A stretch of 64,000 nucleotides of DNA from Octopus vulgaris (GCA_951406725.2 OX597823.1:85374001-85438000); one strand, 5' to 3'. Positions 13,751 through 26,208 are shown, counted from the first letter of the stretch. Made by a program: numbers and translations. Notes: generated by a model not told the origin, from the letters alone.

Positions 13751-15175
13751 TACGAATGTGTTGTTGTTGTTATGTGTGAGTGGGTGGGGAGTGGCATAAT
13801 GCGGAGGTTAATGCAAAATCTGTGCGTATTAGTCACAGAGTATGGAAGATCTGAACAACTGTAATAGGATGAATTTACTTTTGGAAAATGGAAAAATCAA
13901 ACTGCCGACTGTGAAAGAGAAAAAGTAATTCTTTGAATGAGAATTAATAATTCTTTAAATTTGAAAATACAAGGGAGTGCCTTGTATAGAAAATTCATGC
14001 ATGTAATGTTTGTATAAATATATATGAGTCGGTATGTTCTGAGAAATGGCTTGAAATGCAGGTGAAACCTTAGGAGTGGGCTTATTGTAATGGTCTTTCT
14101 ACAATTAGCAGGATTCATGCGAAGGAACGTATAAAGTGGTGGAGGGGTAAGATAATTGTTATAGTGAGGGTTAAACTATGGGTATAATACAACGCTGAAG
14201 AACGTAATTTAACTAGATGCATGTTAAGTACCGACAATCGTAAACACATTATTTAACTAAACCTCCGAAAAGAAATAATATTTGTATTTCCGTGTTGAAT
14301 GAGCACGTTTACATAAACCGAACGAAAAATAATATATATGAACATCTATGTTATATACATACATACATGTATGTATGCATGAATGTAAGTATGTATGTAT
14401 GTATGAGACACGTGCCGTTAGTAATTACTCAGGGCAAGCAGTTAGTGACGTTTATGTAATCAAACACGCAACAAAATAAGCGAAACATAGCGCGACTGAG
14501 TTGGAGGCAGAATTACATCTGCCTTTATAGTGCGTAAACAAAACGTTGTTGTAAGAATGTACGCAGCATGTGTACTACACCAGTACTATGCGTAGTTTTA
14601 ATACTGAGATAGAAAAGCAGGGGCGAATTATGCCTACCTAATCTACTTAATCTACAAAAATATAAAATATTTTGGATTTTATGCATAGTAATCAGAACAG
14701 TGTTCATAATTTTACAAAACTAGGTGCATATTTTGCCATAAAAGGAAAATGTTACTATCGAACTATTTCATTAAGGGTAGGCACGTTCCTGGTGTGTATG
14801 TATGTGTGAATGTATTTATGCATGCATGCATGTGTGTATGTATGTATGTATGTATGTATGTATGTATGGATGGATGGATGGATGGATGGATGGATGGATG
14901 GATGGATGGATGAATGGATGGATATATGTATGAGAGTTGAAGTATTGGTGTAACTATGATGTCCTGTTGATCTGAAGAGCTATCCTTCTATATGTGCATT
15001 GATTCGTAAATGTACAATTTTTCTGTGCAACGTATAGTATGCATGTTGATGGAGACACGTAAAATAATTCGTTATACACTGAAATGATTCCAGAAATAAT
15101 TAAATAGTCCTAGCTGAAAAGGGTTGACACACTTGGTGAATAAAATACCTTGCAATGCTTAGTTATATTCCATCA

Positions 15176-15539
15176 GTAGAGGCGCAATGGCCAAGTGGTT
15201 AGGGCAGCAGACTCGCGGTCGTAGGATCGCGGTTTCGATTCCCAGACCGGGCGTTGTGATTGTTTTAGTGAAAACACCTACATATCTAGGAGGCTCCGGA
15301 AGGGGGTTGTGGTGAACCCTGCTGTACTCATTCACCAAAACCTCTCACTCTTTCTTCCACTTTCTGTAGTATCTGTATTTCAAAGGGCCAACCTTGTCAC
15401 ACTCTCTGTCACGCTGAAGTACGTTAAGGGTACACGTGTCTGTGGAGTGCTCAGCCTCTTCAAAGTTAATTTCACGAGCAGGCTGTTCCGTTGATCGGAT
15501 CAACTGGAATCCACGTCGTCGTAACCGACAGAGTGCCAC
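15176..15539 (+). mobile_element. OR-like tRNA(Arg) SINE with decayed TSD
   Basis: Full head and tail; flanks TTATATTCCATCA / TTATAATCCGTCA. Confidence 0.9.
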
Positions 15540-15859
15540 TTATAATCCGTCACGTTCACAATCCGAATCCTACCAAATTTCACATAAATTCTTATTATTA
15601 TTCTGGTGTCGATAAAACGAAATGCGATCAAATGCTGACATCGATATGATTGAAAGTTTTCCTTTAAATCTCTGACATATTATACGTATTTGAATAATAA
15701 TATCGTTAGAACTTTGGACAAAATCATTTGTAGTTCTTGTTCCGGCTCTTTACGTTCTAAGTTCAAATCTTCGAAATGTTACCTTCGTATTTCATCGTTC
15801 TGTGTATCAGGGTCAATAACAGACTGTATTATCCAAGCAATGATTGATTCTCCTGTTGA

Positions 15860-16116
15860 ATACAACGTATGAGTGTTCAGCTTTGCCGAACGAGCGTCAC
15901 AAATGGTTTGTACATAGTGAACAAATGCCCATGCTGCACATTAGCTCACTCTGGGAACAGATGCACGTATATCACACGTCAGGTGCCGAAGGAATCGCAG
16001 AGCCGTGTGAGATGAAGTATTTTGCTCAAGGAACACAACACAGAACCCGGTTTAGAAACTGAAACCATGATCTCGCGATCCTCAGTGCAACACCCTAACC
16101 ACCAGGCTATGCGTCC
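15860..16116 (-). mobile_element. Degenerate tRNA-derived SINE
   Basis: Minus-strand head GACGCATAGCCTGGTGGTTAGGG..; GTGTTCCTTGAGCAAAATACTTCATCTCAC core as at 8401 and 44380. Confidence 0.6.
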
Positions 16117-17419
16117 CAAATATTAGAGGCTACTATAATCGATTAATGCCCTCAACATACCCCGCCCTGGCCCCTGCTCCCAAATTGTGTCCATATGATC
16201 GATTATAACCTTCTTCAGAACCTGTGGCCTTCTACCTAAATTAGAAGCTCTTATGATCAATTTTACCGTCCCCACAAAATGCCAGATAGTGCTCCAGTGT
16301 TAGAAATCGCTAAAACCATTGCTACAATTTCTTAGGAATTTCAACCGTGTTTCGTGATCTGCTACGAAAAACAGCTCCTTTATAGGATCCAGTTAGCTCA
16401 AGGCGTCATCAGGAGGAACCACGTCCGGTTTCGGCCTCTACTCGTCTACCGTTCTGACGTGGCGGGGCCCCCGCTTTCGGAGATGTTTTCAGCTCTAGTG
16501 TTGGGTGCATGTCTTCTTTCTCCTTCTTTCTTCGATGCCCTCTTCGATGTAGCGTCAACGAGTGTCAGCGGGCGACTGACTCTCTTGTCAAATTTCCCTT
16601 AAAAATTTTTTTTAGTTCCAGCTGGGTATATATATATATATATATATAAAATTTCAGACAACTTTTAACTTCATATTATGTATATTTCAGACGAAGGCTG
16701 GAGATATATCATTAGTATCTCATGCACTTTTCGTCTAAGAGATAAATTAGACTTACATGAGAATGTGTCGAAACATGTCATATACGTACTTTCGGAGATA
16801 TATCAGTCAGATCAAAGTATTGAGCTACGGTAATAAATAAACTCTTCTTATCACATAGATTTATGAGAAGTCATTGTAAATTCTCACTGTATTTCATAAT
16901 ACGTTCAAATGCCTGGGGCTACTTCACAGCAACCGTCATTCTTCTGTAAGTCTACATGTTCAATAAAACGGGACAGGCAAGAATATGGAATGCATAAAAG
17001 AATGAACGATTGAACAGTGTTTGAATTAGTTTTCATACAAAGTGAACTTTCTCTTTCTTACGTAGTAAAAGCCAAAACTTGCCTCTGGCTTCAAATCGCG
17101 TTGCGAGGTATATATATATAATGTGCAATGTGCAATATTGATGACGATAGTTATGATAGCCTCAAGTTGTTAAGATATTACTCTCGTCCGCTTGCAACAT
17201 ATTAAACCCCGTATTTTTAAACAGATGTATATAAAACTTTATCGCTTTTTCATTTCCTTCAAATTGCAAATAATAACAACTAATAACTTATAACAAAGTG
17301 TTGTTTTAATTAAATATTATTGCTGTAGATAAACAACACCCGCTCTCTCTCTCTCTCTCTCTCGCTCTACTTCTCTCTTCATGGAGAGAAATATATGTAT
17401 ATTTTTGTAAGCATGCATA

Positions 17420-17529
<110 letters not shown>

Positions 17530-17559
17530 TATGCATGTATATATGCATGTATTCAGTAG

Positions 17560-17592
<33 letters not shown>

Positions 17593-17624
17593 AACTCTCT
17601 ATCTCACTCTAGGTGAATGGATTC

Positions 17625-17674
<50 letters not shown>

Positions 17675-17939
17675 ATGCACATGACAATATATGGATATTT
17701 CTGTATGTGTGTGCGCGTTCATATGCATGGGTATAGTGTGCTATGTTTTCTCGTCGAAATCTCATTATTTAATTTGGTCAACCTCATAAAAAATACTCAC
17801 AACCACAGCTTATTAAGCCTTCTCGCAAAGCCCTCCAGCAGGTAGCATTTCTTGTTTTTATTCTTTGATAATTACTTCATTTATAACTTCGAGTTTCCTT
17901 TTGTTTATCCTATGTTTATACACCCTTCTCTACAATACG

Positions 17940-18216
17940 TTCTACCCACAAGACGTCTTAGTTGGCTTGGGCATACTCTCCTTCAGCCTCCAGAGGAATT
18001 CACTCGTAAGGCAGGTAACCCGGCTCACCTCCCAGGCTGGCGCAAACGAACTGGAGGACAAATGTAAACGTGACTTGCGACAGTAAAGATGGACATACAA
18101 GTACAATCAGACCCCGCGTCTATGGCCTTTAGTAGTGGAACAGTGCGCTGGTAGAAATTACAGCCTCAACTACGCCGACTGAGGGAAAAATGCCTCTATA
18201 AGTACAATTAAGTACC
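17940..18216 (+). mobile_element. RTE-clade LINE extreme 3' end
   Basis: RRLSWLGHTL..PGWRKRTGGQ C-terminal motif; tandem tail AAGTAC..AAGTAC. Confidence 0.7.
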
Positions 18217-18769
18217 TGGATTAGGGCACCACAGTAAACAGACCGAAATACCCATGAATTTTCAAGAAATGTTGATTGTTCCTGACTTAACTGTCGCGGA
18301 TAATCTTAATCCAGAAAATTTCAGTCAGTTTTACATTAATTGACGATATTAAGATTATTGAGTTTATTAAATATACGATTCTGCTTTTTACTAACTCAAA
18401 CAGAATACCGAAACACAATTTCAGCGTTATTATTCATGATATATATTTAAGCATTAGAATATTGAGCTTCTGATACATTATCACATGATAATTTTTCTTT
18501 TATTTTTGTGTTTCTAAAAATGATAACAACAATAGCCCTTAAAGCAGTATGAGTCAGGAATGCATACCGTCATGTTATATTTGAATCGTCTAACTTAATT
18601 CGTTCTAACTTAATTAGTATAATTAGGGAGGGAAAATTTCAATCAGCCCCTTTTATTCTAGATAATGATGCACTATCAATTGTGGAAGAAATAAACTTGT
18701 AGTTATATTCCAGGCCATCAGTATTACACGCTTCACAAACCACACATACATAAATAGGAAAATATATAA

Positions 18770-18803
<34 letters not shown>

Positions 18804-19147
18804 GAAGAGAGAAAGAGGAGATAAAGAGGGTAATAAGTAGAGCATAGTTAGGTCACTCACTCTGCATAAGAAGATAATATCACGGTCCATCATATTGCAT
18901 ATCCTTTCTGGTGAATGACAGCTACCACAGCCTCGGTTTGACAACTACGTCGAGCAAAATATTGTAGATGGCTACGGTATGAAGACCATCATGTATGTAA
19001 CAAGATTTATACATCCATCCATCCATACATACATACATACATACATGCATTAATACATACATACATACATGCATTAATACATACATACATTCATACATAC
19101 ATGCATACATACATTAATATATACATACATAAATACATACATACATA

Positions 19148-20078
19148 TAGCCTTGGCCAAATGTATTAGGCCACCCCAATATTTTGGGGTCCTGCTATTT
19201 CAATGTTAATGAAACTCGTGCGCTTGTTGATTATGGTATATTTCACAATATACATTAGTACTAATACCTGGTTGACCCTCCTTTAGCATCAATTACCCAT
19301 TTTATACTGTATTGTACATATGCAACCAATTATGAATAAGACCAACGTCCAAAATTAACTTATGTTTCCTTGATTATTTCAGAGTTTTACGCTAAAATAC
19401 GTTGTAGATATAATTAATAAAGAGTAAAATGCCTAAAACAAGGAAGTTGAGTGAGTGTGAACGAAGTCAAATCGGAGATCATCTTGAAGCTGAGTTGTCT
19501 CAAAGGTAAAATTGTCTTGATGTGCGGTGCAAACGACTTTCAAGCGCTTCAGAGGGACAAAATATTTGAAAACAATACAAAGAACAGGAAGAAAAAGAGT
19601 TACGTCACCTCGTGATGACAGATCCATCATCCATCAGTGGCTCAGAAAGAGGAGAAAAAATCGTCGGTGCTATTTGCGGACTTTAACGAAGCAAGTACTT
19701 CACAAATATCAACCAGAACTGTTAGAAGAAGGCTTATAGAGTACAGTCTGAAAGGCTGCAAAGCCTTGGGTTTCTGAAGCGAATATGGAAAAACGTCTTC
19801 AGTGGGTCAAAAACGCACTCAAATTGGACCTATGGAGATCTATTGGTTAAGCTATCAGGAACACAACCATTAAAAATAAAGAGTATTTATACCAACTAGT
19901 TGATTCAATGCCTAACCAATTAAAAGCGATAATTGATGCTAAACGAGATCAACCAGATATTAAAACTAATGTATATTGTGAAATATACCATAACCTACCA
20001 TGTGCACGAGTTTCATTAACTATGAGATAGCAGAACCCCCAAAACATTGGGGTAGCCTAACACTTTTGGGCAAGGCTG
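19148..20078 (+). mobile_element. Internally deleted Tc1-like transposon with ~160-bp TIRs and TA target
   Basis: Left (T)AGCCTTGGCCAAATGTATTAGG.. mirrors right ..CCTAACACTTTTGGGCAAGGCTG-TA; MPKTRKLSECERSQI, RTGRKRVTSPRDDR, RTVRRRL, LVDSMPNQLKAIIDAK; DDE core missing. Confidence 0.92.
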
Positions 20079-20134
<56 letters not shown>

Positions 20135-20735
20135 AGCGTGTGTGTGTGTGCGTGTATGTCAGTGTGTGTGTATGAGCGTGTGTGTGCGCGTGTTTGTGCA
20201 CGTGTGCGTGTCATATATGTAGGTATGTGTATATATATATAATTCTAACATCTCCATCTTTTAACAGTTTGTGGGAGTTCTATGGGATACCTTTCTATAA
20301 ATTCTCATAACACACCACACACACACACAAACACGCACACACACACGCACACAGAGGTTAAGAAGTAAAGGACCCTTTCGGTCATAAATGACCATGTCAT
20401 TGCATATAGAAAGTTAACTTCCGGGGCACAAGTCCGGGCAAAATCGTTTATGGAAGACCAGCAGTGGCCCATGCCTATCTACCTCCCCTCTCCATGCCAC
20501 CGCAGTTAAACAAGGCAAAGGCAAAGGCTGATTCTCCTTAGCACATTAAGATGTTCGATGACATTGACCTCTTTGGATTTTCAATTGTTGGTTATATTTG
20601 TTTCGGACTAAGTCGACTCGGTAGCATTTGGTGTGAGAACTTAATGTCGGAAGAAACACCACTGATCATTTTATCCGGTGCAGTAACGAGTCTCCTAGCT
20701 CGCTGCCTTAGACATACCTATCATATTGTAAGATA

Positions 20736-21129
20736 GTGGAGGCGCAATGGCCCAGTGGTTAGGGCAGCGGACTCGCGGTCATAGGATCGCGGTTTCGATT
20801 CCCAGACCGGGCGTCATGAGTGTTTATTGAGCGAAAACACCTAAAGCTCCACGAGGCTCCGGCAGGGGATGGTGGTGATCCCTGCTGTACTCTTTCACCA
20901 CAACTTTCTCTCACTCTCACTCTTACTTCCTGTTTCTGTTGTACCTGTATTTCAAAGGGCCGGCCTTGTCACTCTCTGTGTCACGCTGAATATCCCCGAG
21001 AACTACGTTAAGGGTACACGTGTCTGTGGAGTGCTCAGCCACTTACACGTTAATTTCACGAACAGGCTGTTCCGTTGATTCGGATCAACCGGAACCCTCG
21101 TCGTCGTAACCGACGGAGTGCTTCTATCC
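20736..21129 (+). mobile_element. Young full-length OR-like tRNA(Arg) SINE
   Basis: Intact A/B-box-like head; perfect 11-bp TSD ATTGTAAGATA at 20725-20735 and 21130-21140. Confidence 0.95.
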
Positions 21130-21791
21130 ATTGTAAGATATGATTAAATTATTGTTTCACTAGATATAGTTTCAGCCGTTAGATACACGCAGATACTAGA
21201 ATCCATCGCATCAACTGTAGGTTATTTAAACTGAACATTATCTCTATCGATATAATCAACAATGCGAAGCGTCGAGCTGACGGAATCGTTAGCACACTGG
21301 GCAAAATAGTTGGTGGCATTTATTCCGACATTACGTGATCGACATTGCCTTTCACACTTTTGTAGTCGATAAAATATGTACCAGCTGAGCACGGGTCAAT
21401 GTAACCAACTCACCACTCTCCCACAAAATTGCTGGCATTGCGCCAAAATCCAAAACAAATTTGATAAGTATACCCGAAAGTGCTGATGTTCTGCACACAA
21501 AAGGATCTATTAACGGCATTTGCCTTATGGCATCTATCTTACAGAGGGAGAGTAAGAAACCTAAGTTGCATGCAGTTATGATCCTCTGAATCATCTAAAG
21601 CTTTCGCTTGTGTTTCACATAGTACTTGGTGGGTTTCTTTAGTGTAGCAGTTTTTTCGGTAGGGCTTTCATAGGTTGTATCCATTCAATGTACAACAATA
21701 GCTGCTTGCTACTTAGTTTGAGAGGCTTCGAATCAGGTGATCAGCGCATCAAATATATATTTTATCATTGCAGTTGTATATTTCAGTTACT

Positions 21792-21918
21792 CAAATTCCG
21801 CCGAGGTCGACTTTACCTTTCATCCTCTCGGGGTCGATAAATAAAGTGCCCGTTTCGCACTGAGTCGATGTCCTTGTTTGTCCCCTCTATGTTTAGCCTC
21901 TTGTGGGTAGTAAAGAAA
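21792..21918 (+). mobile_element. 5'-truncated SINE (GCCTTTCATCCTTTCGGGGTCGATAAA-core family)
   Basis: 15-bp TSD TATATTTCAGTTACT at 21777-21791 and 21919-21933. Confidence 0.85.
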
Positions 21919-21933
21919 TATATTTCAGTTACT

Positions 21934-22077
21934 TATTTCTTAGTTCTTTATTGCCCACAAAGTGCTAAACATAGAAGGGACAAAAAAGGACAGACAAAGG
22001 GATTAAGTTGTTTACATCGACCACAGTGCGTAACTGGTACTTAATTTATCGACCTCGAAAGGATGAAAGGCAAAGTC
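21934..22077 (-). mobile_element. 5'-truncated SINE of the same family, inverted
   Basis: Reverse complement of core and tail A. Confidence 0.85.
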
Positions 22078-22869
22078 TGTTGACATAATGTCGCAATTTC
22101 AAAATGTTGAGATAAATATTGCTTTATACAACAGAATGAAGTCACACCTCGGACCGCGTTATAGAGATGGAGCGGGCACCACAGAAGTCACGGTGATCAA
22201 GGATGCTGTTATACTGAAGGATTATGAGATAGTGAATAGGAGCACACACAATACAACAGCGTTAATAGCAACGATATCGGTTTTACTATTCCGCACCTGT
22301 GAATGCAAGTCCACGCTTGTCGATATCGTCCGGAATTGGAGCGTGAAATCTTTTAAAGTGCCAGACACATCAGGCAATTTACCACCATGTTAAAATCGTT
22401 CAGATTTTATAAATAATTGAAAACGAAAAAGGTGTTGGAAAATATAGTTATTAATAAAGTATGCCAGGGATATAAATAAGAAAATAATATAAACTTCAGG
22501 ATGACCGCCACAGTGGAGAATAGGTAATGGCCTTGATCTCTTTGGATTTTCCATTGTTGGTTATATTCGTTTCTTTCGAGCCTGATGTTCGTATATATGT
22601 AAGAAATCATAAGCTGTATATGCTGTATGGCTAGGCTAAACAAGTAACGGGCTGACGGGAATATATCAATATATGCACGAAGCTCAGGGCTGAAGTGGCG
22701 AATCTAATCATTTGCTTCCGTTATTCATTATCGCTTGATATTTCTGCCTTGCTTCAGTTATCACCTGAGCAGTATGGCGTGTCTACTATTTAGCTTTTTA
22801 CGGCAGGGACATACAATCCTCTTTAGGTGCTCTATTTCCTATTAACAATAAGTTATATAATAATAATTT

Positions 22870-22970
22870 CTTCTTCTTCTTCTTCTTCTTCTTCTTCTTC
22901 TTCTTCTTCTTCTTCTTCTTCTTCTTCTTCTTCTTCTTCTTCTTCTTTTTCATCTTCTTCTCCTTCTTCT

Positions 22971-23014
<44 letters not shown>

Positions 23015-23044
23015 TTGTTATTGTTATTATTATTATTAGTATTA

Positions 23045-23101
<57 letters not shown>

Positions 23102-23128
23102 CATCATTATCATTATTATTACTGTTTA

Positions 23129-23159
<31 letters not shown>

Positions 23160-23171
23160 TATTATTATTAC

Positions 23172-23222
<51 letters not shown>
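22870..23222. repeat. (TCT)n followed by (TAT)n microsatellites
   Basis: Direct reading. Confidence 0.95.
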
Positions 23223-23226
<4 letters not shown>

Positions 23227-23227
<1 letters not shown>

Positions 23228-23604
23228 GAGGCGCAACGGCCCAGTAGGCAGGGCAGCGGACTGACGGTCGTAGGATCGTGGTTTCGATTCCCAGGACGGG
23301 CGTTGTGAGTGTTTATTGAGCAAAAGCTCCAGGAGGCTACAGTAGGGGTGGTGAGGAACCCTGCTGTACTTTTCCAGCACAACTTTCTCTCGGTCCGTCG
23401 CAAGCGAGCTGCAAGATGCAGGAGGAAAGAGTGAGAGTAAGTTGTAGCGAAAGAGCAAGCAGAAGTTCGCCATTATCTTCTGCCGGAGCCGCGTTGAGCT
23501 TAATTGATCGCCCATAAACACACACATCGTCCGGTATGAGATTCGAACCCACGATCCCTCGACCGCGAGTCCGCTGCTATAATCACTAGACAATGTGCCT
23601 CCAC
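23227..23604. mobile_element. Two fused, inverted OR-like SINE 5' portions (+ 23227-23390, - 23391-23604)
   Basis: Plus head GAGGCGCAACGGCCCAGT; minus head GTGGAGGCACATTGTCTAGTG; both 3' tails missing. Confidence 0.8.
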
Positions 23605-24174
23605 ACAGAAAATATACACATACATAAGACATATATACCGGATGTTCATATGTAAGTGTTTGGTGCTTCTGTATAATGGGGTGGTTTTTCTCTATGGGAA
23701 AGTCTGGTGTCCAAGTGAATCTGCTCACTGATGCCTGACATGCCGAACTGTTTGTGAGAGAATTAAACAATATAAGCAGGAAAGAATGTTACGTATAAGA
23801 TAGAAAAGCTTTCTTTCTAATGAATAGTATTTTATTCGTAATTTGGACATTTTCCCACAAAGTCCATAGAAATTTAAAGCAAACATACCTGAGACTCAGT
23901 AAAATTAGGTAAGAATTGAAAAAGTTTATAGCAGGGAAGAAAAAGTTTGTAAAGGACAACACTGAATTTAGTGTTTATTGGCAGGTGTAGATTGAAAAGA
24001 TATATAGACTGATTATTACCGAAACGTACTTACACAAACGCCCACGCACAAGCATACGTACGCATACAAGTAGGTATGTATGTAAGCATGTATGGATTAA
24101 TGTATGTACGTATGTATATATGTATGTATGTATATATATATATATGTATGTATATATATATGTATGTGTATCTA

Positions 24175-24227
<53 letters not shown>

Positions 24228-24296
24228 ATATACACATACATACATATATATATGTATGTATATTTGGCCAGAAAATAAAATTATTGTATTGTAATA

Positions 24297-24330
<34 letters not shown>

Positions 24331-24336
<6 letters not shown>

Positions 24337-24585
24337 TAAAAAAAACCCAGCATTTATCAATTTACAATGAGCAATTAAATTACACCATCTAGAAAATTAC
24401 ATATAATAGAAACATTAAAATCAAAATAACAATAATATACCGATGATTAAATAAATTATAATTTTATTATTCTTATATTATTATATATAATTGTATATTA
24501 TTGTAATTTTAATTTTAATAAATTTATTATTTATAATTTTCTAGATGGTGTAATTTAATTGAATTGATAAAAGGCGTTTTTTCTA

Positions 24586-24590
<5 letters not shown>
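24331..24590. repeat. Foldback element between (TA)n tracts
   Basis: CAATTAAATTACACCATCTAGAAAATTA / TAATTTTCTAGATGGTGTAATTTAATTG perfect inverted core. Confidence 0.85.
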
Positions 24591-24660
<70 letters not shown>

Positions 24661-24741
24661 CTATATAATATTTTGTGAAATTTGATTTAGCATTTCTAAA
24701 TTGAATTTTCCCTGCAAGTTAGGATTAATATTTCCTCAAAT

Positions 24742-24800
<59 letters not shown>

Positions 24801-24814
24801 ACGTTTCCAAATAA

Positions 24815-24881
24815 CCAGATAACCGAAGAGATGGTGTTGTGGATTTCCACTTCGGCATCTGAAACTCAGAGTTTTATCTTG
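24815..24881 (+). ncRNA. Type I hammerhead ribozyme-like motif (variant core)
   Basis: Stem I CCAGATAA/TTATCTTG; core CCGAAGA; stem II GATG/CATC plus one extra T; GAAACTCAGAGTT palindromic stem III with GUU site. Confidence 0.5.
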
Positions 24882-24973
24882 ACTACCGAGTAACGTAACA
24901 TATTGTATAGATAAATTTCCTCTATTTACATAATATTGAGGTCTCTTTCTTTCTTGTTATCTTACCGTTTTAT

Positions 24974-25069
<96 letters not shown>

Positions 25070-25217
25070 TTGCAATTTAACCGGACTTTGCCCGGAATTA
25101 AGTTAGGATTATTAAGCTAATCAAGTTCTTTATTTCAAACCAAACTAAGTAACATCGACGTCAAATTTGAGCCAAATTCGTTGAAATTGTTTATATATAT
25201 ATGTATGTGTGTGTGAT

Positions 25218-25255
<38 letters not shown>

Positions 25256-25754
25256 CAACACACACATACATACATACACGTACGTATGTACACCTATTGC
25301 ATACAAGTCTTTTGTACGCATACATGTTCGTGTGTGTGTTGCCCGTATATCAACAAAACACTTTTTTCCTCGATGGACTGGAGAATCATGAAAACTAGCT
25401 TTTCCAAAATGTGATACTAATATAAATACTTTGCTAATAAATTGTTCTTTTCTTATTTGTAAAACTTCCCAAATTTTTATGCAATATTTGGTGAGATAAA
25501 ATATTGGTTAGATTTACAAGAAAAATTTCGGTGGCTATAAACTTTTTGAGAAATTGTACCGCCATGCAAAATTCCTCCTACGTACATATCAAATATTGCT
25601 TACAAATTGGAGCTTAGATTCACTTCTGTGTATTATGATGTATGTAGACACTTTCACTCATACGTTTATATATAATATACATATACACACCAATGTATTT
25701 ATACATGTATATTATACGTATCTATGTCTAGATACATATTCATCCATACAATTG

Positions 25755-25799
<45 letters not shown>

Positions 25800-26113
25800 A
25801 CATGAGAGTCTGGACGGAGATCGTAGGAAGAAGATAATAGCTAGATAATTATTGAGAAATAGGGAAAGAAAATTGAGAAAAAGAGAAGAGGGAGAGATAA
25901 TGCTGAAATGTCAAAAAGAAAAATGGACATGAACAAAATGGCGGATGTCTTTGCCTATTTCGTTTTATTTCTTTTGACATAGGTTTCGAAACCATGCGTA
26001 TAGGTTTTATTTTTATATAGGTGTATATTTCTTTCTCTTTTTTCTAATTTCATATTCATTTCTTATTCAGATTCTTCAATTAGATTTCAGCTTGCAAATA
26101 TTCAAGAAATTCC

Positions 26114-26208
26114 ATGAAATGTCTTGCTTGCAAGGAAGCTTTGATGGCGGCACAGGATTTCATCACAAGTTTACTCCGAACGGCGCTGATAGAGCTGTCA
26201 TATAAAAC
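26114..26208 (+). CDS. Candidate coding exon (exon 26071-26208, ATG at 26114): MKCLACKEALMAAQDFITSLLRTALIELSYK
   Basis: Branch-like TTCTAAT, pyrimidine tract and CAG at 26070; donor AC|GTAAGA at 26208/26209; open frame in non-repetitive, GC-richer sequence; no homology recognised. Confidence 0.45.

Noticed and set aside
20365-20560. Retroelement-like fragment
   Set aside because: Single occurrence in the window; cannot be classified without a database
20736-20812. Functional tRNA-Arg gene
   Set aside because: No proper acceptor stem; continuous with a SINE body and flanked by a TSD
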